A DNA stretch of 64,000 nucleotides from Candidatus Omnitrophota bacterium (lineage in GTDB: Bacteria; Omnitrophota; Gorgyraeia; 2-02-FULL-51-18): contig JAJVIE010000003.1 in NCBI GenBank assembly GCA_022072175.1, positions 665,840-729,839 of the forward strand. The letters run 5' to 3'. A model generated the notes under the pieces. That model had not been told where the DNA came from, made no database searches, and saw nothing but the letters and a program-made list of their open reading frames with translations. Below, in pieces: positions 1 to 10,967 of the stretch. The position numbers were made by a program, and so were the translations under genes. How positions within the stretch are numbered: position 1 is the stretch's first letter; each line of letters opens with the position of its first letter.

Positions 1-721
<721 letters not shown>

Positions 722-760
722 AAGTACCCCCTTGTAAAAGTTGGTGTTTCCGGTCCACTG

Positions 761-787
761 TTAGCACTCGATTAGGTAGAGTGCTAG
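761..787 (-). promoter_or_regulatory. CIRCE operator (HrcA-binding inverted repeat) upstream of groES
   Basis: Sequence TTAGCACTC-gattaggta-GAGTGCTAG is a perfect 9-N9-9 inverted repeat matching the CIRCE consensus TTAGCACTC-N9-GAGTGCTAA. It lies between the putative promoter and the groES start. Confidence 0.85.
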
Positions 788-796
788 CAGAAGGAA

Positions 797-824
797 ATTG
801 TAGCGTGAGCCCCGCAATTGTCAA
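797..824 (-). promoter_or_regulatory. sigma70-like promoter for groES-groEL (TTGACA-16-TACAAT on the minus strand)
   Basis: Minus strand reads TTGACA (819-824), a 16-nt spacer, then TACAAT (797-802). It sits immediately upstream of CIRCE in the classical groESL layout. The -35 element begins only 9 nt after the coaX stop. Confidence 0.5.
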
Positions 825-832
825 CTGCTTTT

Positions 833-1606
833 TTAGCCGCGCTGTGAAAGATGCTTGGCTTCCCGGTAGGAGATGAGAAGGCCCTTGGGCACCAGAAGCG
901 GGTCGATGGGGCCAAGCTCGGGGCAGTAGCCCCTCATGAAGCGCGCATACCCCCCGGTGGACAAGACCTTGAAGCGGGGCTTCCACTCGACCCGGAGGCG
1001 CCTGAGCACACCCTCGCACAGACCGGCGATGCCATAGGCACAGCCGGCGCGGATACTGTCGACGGTGTCCCTGCCGATCAATCCCTTGGGCGCCCTCAAA
1101 CGGATCCTCGGCAGGAGCGCCGTACGGGCCGCCAGAGCATCCAGGCTGATCTCGATCCCCGGAGCGATGAGGCCTCCCTCATAGACGCCGCGCGCGGAGA
1201 CCACGTCGAACGTGATGGCCGTACCGAAGTCGATCACGACGCAGTCGGTCCTGAACCGCCTATGGGCCGCCAGCGCATTGAGCAGGCGGTCGGTGCCGAC
1301 CTGCCGCGGCCGCGCGTAGTGGTTGAGGATCGGGATCGGCAGGTCCTCGCGAGCGACCAGACAGCGCGCGCCGAGCTGGGCGCAAGCACGACGCAGCGCC
1401 CTCGTTCCCGAAGGGACGACGCTGGCCGCGACCACGTCCGCGCCTACACCCGCCGACCGGACCGCGCGGCGCAGCCAGGCGATTCCTTGCGCACCGCCGA
1501 GCTTCGCTGTCGGGATACGGCTTTCACCGCTCAAACGACCCCCTCGGGCAAGAACGGCATGGGCGCTGGTGTTGCCGATGTCCACGAGGATCGCCGAGAA
1601 GCTCAT
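833..1606 (-). CDS. coaX: type III pantothenate kinase
   Basis: 257 aa. ILVDIGNTSAH and VIDFGTAITFDV motifs of the CoaX/Bvg accessory factor family. It overlaps birA by 4 bp. Confidence 0.85.
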   Translation of the reverse strand: MSFSAILVDIGNTSAHAVLARGGRLSGESRIPTAKLGGAQGIAWLRRAVRSAGVGADVVAASVVPSGTRALRRACAQLGARCLVAREDLPIPILNHYARPRQVGTDRLLNALAAHRRFRTDCVVIDFGTAITFDVVSARGVYEGGLIAPGIEISLDALAARTALLPRIRLRAPKGLIGRDTVDSIRAGCAYGIAGLCEGVLRRLRVEWKPRFKVLSTGGYARFMRGYCPELGPIDPLLVPKGLLISYREAKHLSQRG

Positions 1607-2586
1607 GCTCCGCCCTTCCTTTCACGCAGGTGAACGACGTCGCCGGTCAGGACCCTTTCTTGCAGACCGCTGTCCGTCCGGATCCACAACGCCCCGTCCG
1701 CGTCGATGCCTTGGGCGCTTCCGTGGAGCGTGCGCCCCGGCAAGTGCGCCGTGACGCGCCTTCCGGTCGTCGCGGAGTGCTCTTCCCACGCCTCGGCCAG
1801 ACCGCCGAAGCGGCCCTCGCGCAGGTCCGCATAGGCCTTGTCGAGCTCCTCGAGGATGGCCGCCGCCAGCGGCGCTCTGCGCACGGCATGACCCAGCGCG
1901 GCGGCCAGCGAAACGGCCCCCTCGGGCAGGCGGTCCGGATCGGAGTTGACGTTGAGGCCGATCCCGACGACCACGAACGCGACGCGGTCGGTCTCGGCGC
2001 TCATTTCGGTCAGGATGCCGCAGAGCTTCCGATCGCCGAGCAAAAGATCGTTGGGCCACTTGATGCGGGGATCCAGACCCGTCAACCGCTTGATGGCGCG
2101 CACGACGCAGACCGCGGAAGCCAGCGTCAACCGCGGAGCGTCCATCGGAGACATCCTCGGGCGCAGGACGACCGACAGGAGCAGGTTCTGGGCCTTGGGG
2201 CTGGACCAGGTGCGGCCGAGCCGGCCCTTACCCCCTTTCTGATGTTCGGCCAGGACGCACGTGCCGTCGGCGCAGCCCTTCTCGGCCAGCGCGAAAGCCG
2301 TGCTATTGGTCGAATCGAGCTCCTCGTAACAAAGGATGCGTGATCCGACGGTCCTTCCATCACCCAAAAGCGCCTCCAGCTCATCGGCGATCACCCTGTC
2401 GGGGCTCGAGATCAGGCGGTAGCCCGTGTGAGGGGCCGCGTCGATCCGGTATCCGACCTTGCGCAGGACCTGGATCTCTTTCCACACCGCGGCGCGGGAA
2501 ACACCCAGGCGCCTGGACAGCTCCTCACCCGACAGCCCCTGCGCGGGGCCGGACAGTAACAGCGAAAGCACCGTTCGGCGGCTCAT
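1603..2586 (-). CDS. birA: bifunctional biotin--[acetyl-CoA-carboxylase] ligase / biotin operon repressor BirA (N-terminal HTH)
   Basis: 327 aa. N-terminal HTH ([31 protein letters not shown]) followed by a BPL catalytic domain with [12 protein letters not shown]. It overlaps uvrB by 4 bp. Confidence 0.85.
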   Translation of the reverse strand: MSRRTVLSLLLSGPAQGLSGEELSRRLGVSRAAVWKEIQVLRKVGYRIDAAPHTGYRLISSPDRVIADELEALLGDGRTVGSRILCYEELDSTNSTAFALAEKGCADGTCVLAEHQKGGKGRLGRTWSSPKAQNLLLSVVLRPRMSPMDAPRLTLASAVCVVRAIKRLTGLDPRIKWPNDLLLGDRKLCGILTEMSAETDRVAFVVVGIGLNVNSDPDRLPEGAVSLAAALGHAVRRAPLAAAILEELDKAYADLREGRFGGLAEAWEEHSATTGRRVTAHLPGRTLHGSAQGIDADGALWIRTDSGLQERVLTGDVVHLRERKGGA

Positions 2587-4595
2587 CGACGCGCTCCTCC
2601 GGTCCGGCGCGCGACGGCCTTCGGCCGCTCGGCCTCCAGGCGCTTCTGCAGTTCTTTGAGCTGATCCCGCAACTCGATCGCCCGCTCGAACTTCAATTCG
2701 CGCGCGGCGGCTTCCATCTCGCTCTCGATCTGGGCGATGACCTCGACAAGGTCGCCTTCCGGCTCGGCCAGACCCGCCGCCTGCTGCGCCGTCTCCCGGG
2801 CCTTCTTGATGGACTCGATGCCCTCCCGGATCTCTTTGCGGATGGTCTGCGGCGTGATGCCGTGCGCCTTGTTGTAGGCGATCTGGGCCGCGCGGCGCTT
2901 GGAGGTCTCATCGATGGTCTGGCGCATCGCATCGGTCATCTGGTCCGCGTAGAAGAGCACATGCCCGTTGACGTGCCGCGCAGCCCGGCCGGAGACCTGG
3001 ATCAGCGAGGTGCGGCTGCGAAGGAACCCCTCCTTGTCGGCGTCCAGGACGGCCACCAGCGAAACCTCCGGCAGGTCGATCCCCTCCCTCAACAGATTGA
3101 TGCCCACGATGACGTCGTACTTGCCCAAGCGCAGGTCCCGGAGCAGTTCGACGCGTTGGATCGCGTCGATCTCCGAGTGCAGGTACTTGACACGCGTGCC
3201 CAGCTCCTCGAGGTATTTGCTCAGGTCCTCGGCCATGCGCTTGGTGAGCGTGGTCACGATCACCCTCTCGCCCGAGGCGACGCGCTTGCGGCACTCTCCG
3301 AGCAGGTCATCGATCTGACCTTTGGTGGGCCGGACCTCGATCAGGGGGTCCAGCAGTCCGGTCGGCCGGATCACCTGCCGCACGATGCGTTCCGAACGGC
3401 CGATCTCGAAGTCGCCCGGCGTAGCCGATACGTAGACCACCTGGCGCACCAGCGCGTCGAACTCCTCGTACTTGAGAGGTCTGTTGTCCAAAGCCGACGG
3501 AAGCCGGAACCCGTATTCGACGAGCGTCTCCTTTCGCGCCCGGTCGCCGGCATACATGCCGCGGACCTGAGGGACCGTGATATGCGACTCGTCCACCACC
3601 AACAGGAAGTCCTCCGGGAAGTAATCCAAGAGACAGTACGGCCTCGAGCCCGGGGGACGTCCCGTGATGATCCTTGAGTAGTTCTCGATGCCCGAACAGT
3701 AGCCCAGCTCGCGCATCATCTCGATATCATAGCGAGTCCGTTGATCGAGGCGCTGGGCCTCGACGAGCTTGTTCTGCGCGTTGAGCTCTCGGAATCGCGA
3801 GGCGAGCTCCTCCTCGATCTCCAGGATCGCCCTCTCCAGACGCGGCTCCGAGGTGACGAAGTGCTTGGCCGGGTACACCGCGACGGCGTCCTGCTCGTGC
3901 AGGACCTCCCCCGTCAGCGGATCGATCCTCGAGATGCGGGCCACCGCGTCCCACTCGAGCTGGATGCGCACCGCTGTTTCCTCGTACGCCGGGAACACCT
4001 CGACGACATCCCCACGCACGCGGAACGTACCCCGCTTGAAATCGACGTCGTTCCGGTCGTACTGGATATCGACCAGCCGCTTGAGCACTTCGTCGCGGGA
4101 CACGTTCGATCCCTTCTTCAACAGGACCAGCATGTCCTTGTACTCAGCCGGCGATCCGAGCCCGTAGATGGCCGACACCGACGCCACCACGATGCAGTCC
4201 CTTCTGGAGAGGAGGTTGCTGGTCGCCCGCAGGCGCAGGCGGTCGATGTCCTCGTTGATGGACGAATCCTTTTCGATGTACGTGTCCGTCGCCGGCACGT
4301 ACGCTTCGGGCTGATAGTAATCGTAGTAGCTGACGAAGTATTCGACCGCGTTCTCAGGGAAGATATCGCGCAGTTCCCCGTACAACTGCGCGGCGAGGGT
4401 CTTGTTGTGAGAAAGCACCAGCGTCGGGCGGTTGACGCGGGCGATGACGTTGGCGATCGTGAACGTCTTGCCGCTTCCGGTCACGCCGAGAAGGGTCTGC
4501 GCCCGGTCCCCGGCGAGAACGCCCGCCGTCAGCGAGTCGATCGCCTGGGGCTGATCACCGGTGGGCTTGAGGGTCGATCGGATCATGAAATCCAT
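2583..4595 (-). CDS. uvrB: excinuclease ABC subunit B
   Basis: 670 aa. [11 protein letters not shown] Walker A, a helicase core and a C-terminal UvrB/UvrC interaction coiled coil. Strong SD GGAGGAGG upstream. Confidence 0.95.
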   Translation of the reverse strand: MDFMIRSTLKPTGDQPQAIDSLTAGVLAGDRAQTLLGVTGSGKTFTIANVIARVNRPTLVLSHNKTLAAQLYGELRDIFPENAVEYFVSYYDYYQPEAYVPATDTYIEKDSSINEDIDRLRLRATSNLLSRRDCIVVASVSAIYGLGSPAEYKDMLVLLKKGSNVSRDEVLKRLVDIQYDRNDVDFKRGTFRVRGDVVEVFPAYEETAVRIQLEWDAVARISRIDPLTGEVLHEQDAVAVYPAKHFVTSEPRLERAILEIEEELASRFRELNAQNKLVEAQRLDQRTRYDIEMMRELGYCSGIENYSRIITGRPPGSRPYCLLDYFPEDFLLVVDESHITVPQVRGMYAGDRARKETLVEYGFRLPSALDNRPLKYEEFDALVRQVVYVSATPGDFEIGRSERIVRQVIRPTGLLDPLIEVRPTKGQIDDLLGECRKRVASGERVIVTTLTKRMAEDLSKYLEELGTRVKYLHSEIDAIQRVELLRDLRLGKYDVIVGINLLREGIDLPEVSLVAVLDADKEGFLRSRTSLIQVSGRAARHVNGHVLFYADQMTDAMRQTIDETSKRRAAQIAYNKAHGITPQTIRKEIREGIESIKKARETAQQAAGLAEPEGDLVEVIAQIESEMEAAARELKFERAIELRDQLKELQKRLEAERPKAVARRTGGARR

Positions 4596-4619
4596 CGGTC
4601 CTCCTCCGCCTCCGCGGTC

Positions 4620-5480
4620 TCAGCCGACGATGTCGAGGGCCATGTCCAGCGCGGGGGCTCCGTAGGTCAGACGGCCCACCGAGATCCTCTCCACACCGCA
4701 CTCCGCGTACGCGCGGACGTTCTCCAGGGAGATCCCGCCGGAGACCTCAAGTTCGATGCCGGGGGCGCTGCGAGCGCGCATCTGGACGGCTTCCCGGACG
4801 GTCGGCAGGTCCATGTTGTCCAGCAGGATGTACTGCACATCGGTCTTGAGGGCCTCGGCGAGCTCCTTGAGGTTCTTGACCTCGATGCCGATGACGGTCT
4901 TGCGCAGGGAGGCCTGCCGGACGCGCTGTACGATCTGAGGAATGGACTCGTTGCGCAGGATACGCAAGTGGTTGTCCTTGATGAGCACCTGGTCCATGAG
5001 ACCGAAGCGGTGATTGCGGCCGCCACCGATCTTGACCGCATACTTCTCGAGCGCGCGGAGGTTGGGGGTGGTCTTGCGCGTATCGAGGATGCGCGCGCCG
5101 GTCCCGGCGATCTTATCGACGTACTTGCGCGTGAGCGTGGCGATGCCGCTCAGGCGCTGCAGGAAGTTGAGCGCCGTGCGCTCGGCCACGAGGATGGAAG
5201 CGGCCGGCCCCTGGATGTAGGCGATCTCACGGCCCTTCTCGAGGAGGTCGCCGTCTGCGGACACGGGCAGGAAGCGGATGTTCTCGTCCACGTGGCGGAA
5301 GACCTTCTCGGCGACCTCGATCCCGCACAGCACGCCGCTCTCCCGCGCCTCGATCTCCGCCCGGATCAGCAGGGTCTTGGGGATGATCGCCGAGGTCGTG
5401 ATGTCCCGCAGGCCGACGTCCTCGCGCAGCGCGTACTTGATCGCCAGGTCCGCCGGATTGACCCGCGAGGGATCGCTCAT
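4620..5480 (-). CDS. nadC: nicotinate-nucleotide pyrophosphorylase (quinolinate phosphoribosyltransferase)
   Basis: 286 aa. QPRTase family profile throughout, e.g. the LLDNM..., GIE.EV and RISVG regions. Confidence 0.9.
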   Translation of the reverse strand: MSDPSRVNPADLAIKYALREDVGLRDITTSAIIPKTLLIRAEIEARESGVLCGIEVAEKVFRHVDENIRFLPVSADGDLLEKGREIAYIQGPAASILVAERTALNFLQRLSGIATLTRKYVDKIAGTGARILDTRKTTPNLRALEKYAVKIGGGRNHRFGLMDQVLIKDNHLRILRNESIPQIVQRVRQASLRKTVIGIEVKNLKELAEALKTDVQYILLDNMDLPTVREAVQMRARSAPGIELEVSGGISLENVRAYAECGVERISVGRLTYGAPALDMALDIVG

Positions 5481-8173
5481 TCGCCGAGACTGCGCAGGTT
5501 CTCGTGGAGCCGCTGACGGCGGCTTTCGAGCTCCACGGCCTTCTGCCGTTCCTTGTCGACGATCTCCTTGGGCGCCTTGCGCAAGAACTCCTCGTTCTTG
5601 AGCCGCCCTTCGAGGCCCCGGATCAGACGGTCCACGTCCGCCAGCGCGGCCTCGATCCGTTGGCGTTCGACCTGAACGTCGACGAGCCCGGTGAGCACCA
5701 CGTACGTCTCGACGCGGCCGACGTTGGCGACGGCCGACTCCTTGGGGCGCGCGAGCGTCTTGCCGATCTGCAGCGATGAGACCTTGGCCATCTGCACGAT
5801 GTACGTCGAATATTCACGAAGGATGCGGAGCTCCGTATCGCCGGCGACCTTGACGGCGACGGTCACGGATTCCTTCGGATTGATCTGCCAGGCCGAGCGC
5901 ACGTTGCGGATGGCCTGGATCTCGCCCAGGATGATGTCGACCTCGGTCTCGAGCTTGGGGTCGATGCGGCGCTTCTCGGGCTTGGGCCATTCGCTCACCA
6001 TGATGGACTCGCCCTTGTGGGGGATCTTCTGCCAGATCTCTTCGGTGATGAACGGCATGAACGGGTGCAGCAGTCTCAGCGTTCGCTCCAGCACGTAGTG
6101 CATCGTCCACTGCGTGGCGCGGTCCTTCATCGTGGGTTTGGCCAGCTCCAGGTACCAATCGCAATACTGGTGCCAGATGAAATCGTACAGCGTCGAGGCC
6201 GCTTCGTTGAAACGGTGCCGATCAAGGCTCTCCGCCAGGGAAGCGGCGGTCTGATTGACCCGGCTGATGATCCATCGGTTGATGGGGCCCAGCTGCGCGG
6301 GTGTCGGGACCGCGGATGGGCGCAGCTTGCGGGTGTCGAGGTTCATCAAGACGAGGCGCGAGGCGTTCCAGATCTTGTTGGCGAAGTTGCGGCCGACCTC
6401 GAACTTTTCCTTGGAGCAATAGACGTCTTGGCCCTCCGCGGTGATCGAGATGATGCCGTAGCGCAGGGCGTCGGCGCCGAACTCGTCGATGATCTCGATC
6501 GGATCGACGGCGTTACCGAGGCTCTTGGACATCTTGGCGCCGGTTTCGTCCCGAACGATGCCGTGGATATAGACCTGCTTGAACGGCTCGCGGCCCATGA
6601 ACTCGATGCCGGACATGATCATGCGCGCGACCCAGAAGAAGATGATCTCATAACCGGTCACCAGACAGGCCGTCGGATAGAAGAACTTGAGGTCCTTGTT
6701 CTTTTCGGGCCAGCCCAGCGTCGAGAACGGCCAAAGCCAGGACGAGAACCACGTATCCAGCACGTCCGGGTCCTGCTCGAGAACGCCGCCACAGTCCGGA
6801 CAGGCTTTGGGGTCCTTGCGGGCGACGATCATGCCGGGCTCGCGGTAGACGCGCCCCTGACCGGGACGGAACACGGTCTCCGCGGCGGTCTTCCCCTTGT
6901 CGCGGCAGGCGGCGCACGTCCACACGGGTATGCGGTGCCCCCACCAGATCTGACGGGACACGCACCAATCCTTGATGTTGTGCATCCAGTCGAGGTAGAC
7001 CTTGGTCCACCGTTTGGGCGCGAAGACCGTGCGCTCCTTCTCGACCGCCTCGATCGCGGGGGCCGCCAGCGGTTTCATGTGCACGAACCACTGTGAGGAG
7101 AAATACGGCTCGATGACCGTGGAGCACCGATAGCAGTGTCCGACCGAATGCTGGTGCTCCTTGATCTCCAGCAGGATGCGCCGGTCCTCGAGGTCCGCCA
7201 CGATGCGGCGGCGCGCTTCGAAGCGGTCCAGTCCGGCGTAGGGGCCGGCGTTCTCGTTGAGCGTGCCGTCGGGATTGAGGATGTTGATGAATTCCAGCTC
7301 GTGCTTACGGGCCAGCTCGAAGTCCACCGGATCGTGCGACGGCGTGATCTTGAGCGCGCCGGTGCCGAAGGAGGGGTCGATGGATTCATCGCTGATGATG
7401 CGAAGACGGCGGTTGATCAGCGGCAGCGTCGCGGTCCGGCCGGACAGATGGCGGTAACGCTCGTCCGTCGGATTGAAACCGACCGCCGTGTCGCCCAACA
7501 TGGTTTCCGGGCGCGTCGTGGCGATCGTCACGTGCCCGTCGGTGCCCTCGATGGCGTATTTGAGATGGTACAGGTGGCCGTTGATCTCCTTGTGCTGGAC
7601 CTCCTCATCGGACAGCGCGGTCTGGCAACGCGGGCACCAGTTGATGATGTACTTGCCGCGGTAGATCAGGCCCTTCTCGTACAATCGCACGAACACCTCG
7701 CGCACGGCTTCGGACAAACCCTCGTCCATCGTGAAGCGCGTACGGTCCCAGTCGCACGAGGCGCCCAGCCGGTGCAGCTGGCGAACGATCGTGTTGCCGT
7801 ACTTCTCGCGCCACTTCCAGACGCGCTCGAGGAACGCTTCCCGGCCCAGCTGCTGCCGGGTCAACCCTTCTTCGCGCAGGGAGCGCTCGACGACGTTCTG
7901 GGTGGCGATGCCCGCATGGTCCGTGCCCGGCATCCAGAGCGTGCGGTACCCGCTCATGCGCTTGTAGCGGATCAGGATGTCCTGCAGGGTATTGTTGAGC
8001 GCGTGCCCCATGTGCAGGATGCCCGTGACGTTGGGCGGCGGGATCACGATGGTGTACGGCTTGCCCTTGGGCGCGGCCTTGGCCTTGAAGTAACCCTTCT
8101 TCAGCCAGTGGGCATACCAGTGCTTCTCGACGGATTTGGGCTCGTAGACCTTGGAGAGCTCCGGAGAGGACAT
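5477..8173 (-). CDS. valS: valine--tRNA ligase
   Basis: PNVTGILHMGHALNNT (HIGH motif) and KMSKSLGN (KMSKS motif), with a C-terminal coiled coil. The track ORF extends to 8260. The start was re-assigned to the ATG at 8171-8173 ([20 protein letters not shown]), which overlaps the cimA stop as TGATG. Confidence 0.88.
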   Translation of the reverse strand: MSSPELSKVYEPKSVEKHWYAHWLKKGYFKAKAAPKGKPYTIVIPPPNVTGILHMGHALNNTLQDILIRYKRMSGYRTLWMPGTDHAGIATQNVVERSLREEGLTRQQLGREAFLERVWKWREKYGNTIVRQLHRLGASCDWDRTRFTMDEGLSEAVREVFVRLYEKGLIYRGKYIINWCPRCQTALSDEEVQHKEINGHLYHLKYAIEGTDGHVTIATTRPETMLGDTAVGFNPTDERYRHLSGRTATLPLINRRLRIISDESIDPSFGTGALKITPSHDPVDFELARKHELEFINILNPDGTLNENAGPYAGLDRFEARRRIVADLEDRRILLEIKEHQHSVGHCYRCSTVIEPYFSSQWFVHMKPLAAPAIEAVEKERTVFAPKRWTKVYLDWMHNIKDWCVSRQIWWGHRIPVWTCAACRDKGKTAAETVFRPGQGRVYREPGMIVARKDPKACPDCGGVLEQDPDVLDTWFSSWLWPFSTLGWPEKNKDLKFFYPTACLVTGYEIIFFWVARMIMSGIEFMGREPFKQVYIHGIVRDETGAKMSKSLGNAVDPIEIIDEFGADALRYGIISITAEGQDVYCSKEKFEVGRNFANKIWNASRLVLMNLDTRKLRPSAVPTPAQLGPINRWIISRVNQTAASLAESLDRHRFNEAASTLYDFIWHQYCDWYLELAKPTMKDRATQWTMHYVLERTLRLLHPFMPFITEEIWQKIPHKGESIMVSEWPKPEKRRIDPKLETEVDIILGEIQAIRNVRSAWQINPKESVTVAVKVAGDTELRILREYSTYIVQMAKVSSLQIGKTLARPKESAVANVGRVETYVVLTGLVDVQVERQRIEAALADVDRLIRGLEGRLKNEEFLRKAPKEIVDKERQKAVELESRRQRLHENLRSLGE

Positions 8174-9738
8174 CAGCGCGTCAGTCGGTATTCGATCGAG
8201 TCGACGAGCGCCTGCCAGCTGGCCTCGATGATGTTGCCGGACACGCCGACCGTCGTCCAAACCTCACGTCCGTCGGAGAACTCGATGAACACCCGGACCT
8301 TGGCCGCCGTTCCTTCCTTGGAATCGACGACACGGACCTTGTAGTCTTCCAGCTGAACGCGGCTGACGATCGGGTAGAACGGCTCGAGCGCTTCACGGAG
8401 GGCCTTGTCCAGCGCGTTGACGGGACCGTCGCCGGTGGCGACGCCCACCCCCTTCTTCTTGCCGACCTTGAGCACGACGATCGCCGTGGAGCTCGAGTCC
8501 TTGTCCCCGATGTTCTCGGCGGAAACTTCGACCTTCTCGAACTCGAAGTGCCTCTTGCGGCGGCCGGTGACCTCTCGGATCAGCAATTCGAAGCTCGCCT
8601 CTGCGGCCTCGTACTGGTAACCCTGGTTCTCCCGCTCCTGCACCGCCTGCAGGATACGCCGGGCTTCCGGGGACTCCTTGTCGAACTTGATGGACAGCTC
8701 CTGGGCCTTGAGCATCACATTGGTCTTGCCTCCCAGCTCGGAGACGAGGAAGCGGCGGCGGTTACCGACCTTGGACGGCGTCACGTGCTCATAGGTCTCG
8801 GGCCGCTTCATGACGGCGTTGATGTGCACTCCGCCCTTGTGCGCGAAAGCGCTCTGTCCCGTGTAGGGCTGGTTCTTGGCCGAGGGCAGATTGCAGACCT
8901 CGTAGACGTAACGCGAGAGGTCCGTCATCTCCTTCAGCTTGCCCGCGGGCAGGCAACGGCGCTCCATCTTGAGCTCAAGGTTCGCGATGATCGGCACGAG
9001 GTCCGCGTTGCCGCATCTCTCTCCGAGACCGTTGACGGTGCCCTGCACGTGCGTCGCCCCGCCCTCGACCGCGGCCAGCGAGTTGGCCACGGCCAGCGCG
9101 GAATCGTTGTGGGCGTGGATGCCCAGCGGACAGCGCAGCTGCCGGGCGACCTCCTGCGTGATCCGCCGGACTTCCGTGGGCAAGCTTCCGCCGTTGGTGT
9201 CGCACAGCACGATCGTACGAGCGCCCGCCTCGTAGGCGGTGCCGATGGCCTTGAGCGCATATCCGGGATTGGCCTTGTATCCGTCGAAAAAATGCTCGGC
9301 GTCGAAGATCACCCGGCGCCCCTTGGAGCGCAGGTAGCGGACCGAGTCCTCGATCATGCGGATGTTCTCGTCGAGCTCGATACGGAAAACCTCCCGCACA
9401 TGCATGTCCCAGCTCTTGCCGAAGATCGTGATCGAGCCCGTACGCGCGGCGACCAGACCCTTGAGGACCATGTCCTCGGCGGCCTTGGTATGGGCGCGGC
9501 GCGTGGAACCGAAGGCGACGAGCTCCGCGGTCTTGAGACGAAGCTTGCGGGCCTGCTCGAAGAAAGCGATGTCCTTGGGATTGGCCCCGGGCCATCCGCC
9601 CTCGATGAACGCGAAGCCCTTCTCATCGAGCTTGCGCGTGATGAGCAGCTTGTCCTGCACGGAAAAGGAGATACCCTCTCCCTGCGAACCGTCGCGGAGC
9701 GTGGTGTCGTAGATCTCGACGTGCTTATCGGCGCGCAT
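8173..9738 (-). CDS. cimA: (R)-citramalate synthase, LeuA-related long form (isoleucine biosynthesis via citramalate)
   Basis: 521 aa. [20 protein letters not shown] and [38 protein letters not shown] are typical of the citramalate-synthase branch (about 520 aa) of the 2-isopropylmalate/homocitrate synthase family. Assignment to CimA rather than LeuA is by family resemblance only. Confidence 0.7.
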   Translation of the reverse strand: MRADKHVEIYDTTLRDGSQGEGISFSVQDKLLITRKLDEKGFAFIEGGWPGANPKDIAFFEQARKLRLKTAELVAFGSTRRAHTKAAEDMVLKGLVAARTGSITIFGKSWDMHVREVFRIELDENIRMIEDSVRYLRSKGRRVIFDAEHFFDGYKANPGYALKAIGTAYEAGARTIVLCDTNGGSLPTEVRRITQEVARQLRCPLGIHAHNDSALAVANSLAAVEGGATHVQGTVNGLGERCGNADLVPIIANLELKMERRCLPAGKLKEMTDLSRYVYEVCNLPSAKNQPYTGQSAFAHKGGVHINAVMKRPETYEHVTPSKVGNRRRFLVSELGGKTNVMLKAQELSIKFDKESPEARRILQAVQERENQGYQYEAAEASFELLIREVTGRRKRHFEFEKVEVSAENIGDKDSSSTAIVVLKVGKKKGVGVATGDGPVNALDKALREALEPFYPIVSRVQLEDYKVRVVDSKEGTAAKVRVFIEFSDGREVWTTVGVSGNIIEASWQALVDSIEYRLTR

Positions 9739-10957
9739 GCGACCTCTTGGTCAGGTTGAAACCCGCATGCAGAGCGCGGACCGACCGCTCGCCGTCGGCG
9801 CGAGCGACCACGCAGGAGATCTTGATCTCGCTGGTGGAGATCATCTCGATGTTGATGCCTTTCTTGGCCAGGATCTCGAACATCGTCGCGGCCACGCCGG
9901 CATGACTGCGCATGCCGATGCCGACGACCGACACCTTGGCGATGTTGGTGTCCTTGGAAACGTCCGTGAAACCGATCGACTTGCGCGCTCCGCGGAGACT
10001 GCGCACGGCGGCATCGGCCTCACCCGCCGGAACGGTGAACGAGATATCCGTCGCGGCCGATCGGCCGATGTTCTGGATGATGACGTCGACGTTGATCCCG
10101 TCGTCCGCCAGGCGGCGGAAGAGCCGGGCGGCCACGCCGGGCTTGTTGGGGACCCTGCGCACGGTCAGCTTGGCCTCGTTCTTGTTGATCGATACTCCGC
10201 GGATCAGCACATCCTCCATCGAGCGGTCCTCCTTGACGATCCAGGTCCCTTCATTGTCCGAAAAACTGCTGCGCACGTGGATCGGGATATCGTATTTCCC
10301 GGCCACCTCGATCGAGCGCGACTGCATGACCTGGGCTCCGGCCGAGGCCATCTCGAGCATCTCCTCATAACTGATCCGTTCGAGCTTGATCGCCGTCGGC
10401 TCGATGCGCGGATCGGTCGTATAGATCCCTTCCACGTCGGTGTAGATCTCGCATGTATCGGCGCTCAGGGCCTTGGCGAGCGCTACAGCGGTCAGGTCGC
10501 TGCCGCCCCGGCCCAGCGTGGTGATGTTCCTCTGCGCGTCCATGCCCTGGAACCCCGCCACGATCACCACTCGCTTGCGGCGCAGTTCCTCCCGGACCCT
10601 CCGGCCGTCGATCTCCACGATCCGCGCCCGCATGTGCGACGCGTCGGTGAGGATGCCCACCTGCGGGCCTGTCAGGGACACCGCGTCACAGCCCAGCTCG
10701 TGCAGGGCCATGGCCAGCAGCGCGATGGAGATCTGTTCGCCCGTCGACAACAGCATGTCCATTTCCCTCTTGGACGGGCAATCCGTGATCTTGCCGGCCA
10801 GTTCGATAAGGTCGTCCGTCGTGTCGCCAAGGGCGCTGACGACGACGACCACGGAGTGGCCTTGTTTGCGGTAGCGAGCCACGCGCCGGGCGACGTTCTT
10901 GATCCGTTCGGGATCGGCGACGCTCGAACCCCCGTATTTCTGTACGATCAAAGCCAA
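9725..10957 (-). CDS. lysC: aspartate kinase (ACT-domain containing)
   Basis: The track ORF runs to 11212. The conserved start (L)ALIVQKYGGSSV is a TTG at 10955-10957, preceded by SD GGAGG at 10963-10967. KYGGSS plus C-terminal ACT repeats. Confidence 0.85.
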   Translation of the reverse strand: MALIVQKYGGSSVADPERIKNVARRVARYRKQGHSVVVVVSALGDTTDDLIELAGKITDCPSKREMDMLLSTGEQISIALLAMALHELGCDAVSLTGPQVGILTDASHMRARIVEIDGRRVREELRRKRVVIVAGFQGMDAQRNITTLGRGGSDLTAVALAKALSADTCEIYTDVEGIYTTDPRIEPTAIKLERISYEEMLEMASAGAQVMQSRSIEVAGKYDIPIHVRSSFSDNEGTWIVKEDRSMEDVLIRGVSINKNEAKLTVRRVPNKPGVAARLFRRLADDGINVDVIIQNIGRSAATDISFTVPAGEADAAVRSLRGARKSIGFTDVSKDTNIAKVSVVGIGMRSHAGVAATMFEILAKKGINIEMISTSEIKISCVVARADGERSVRALHAGFNLTKRSHARR

Positions 10958-10967
10958 GACAACCTCC

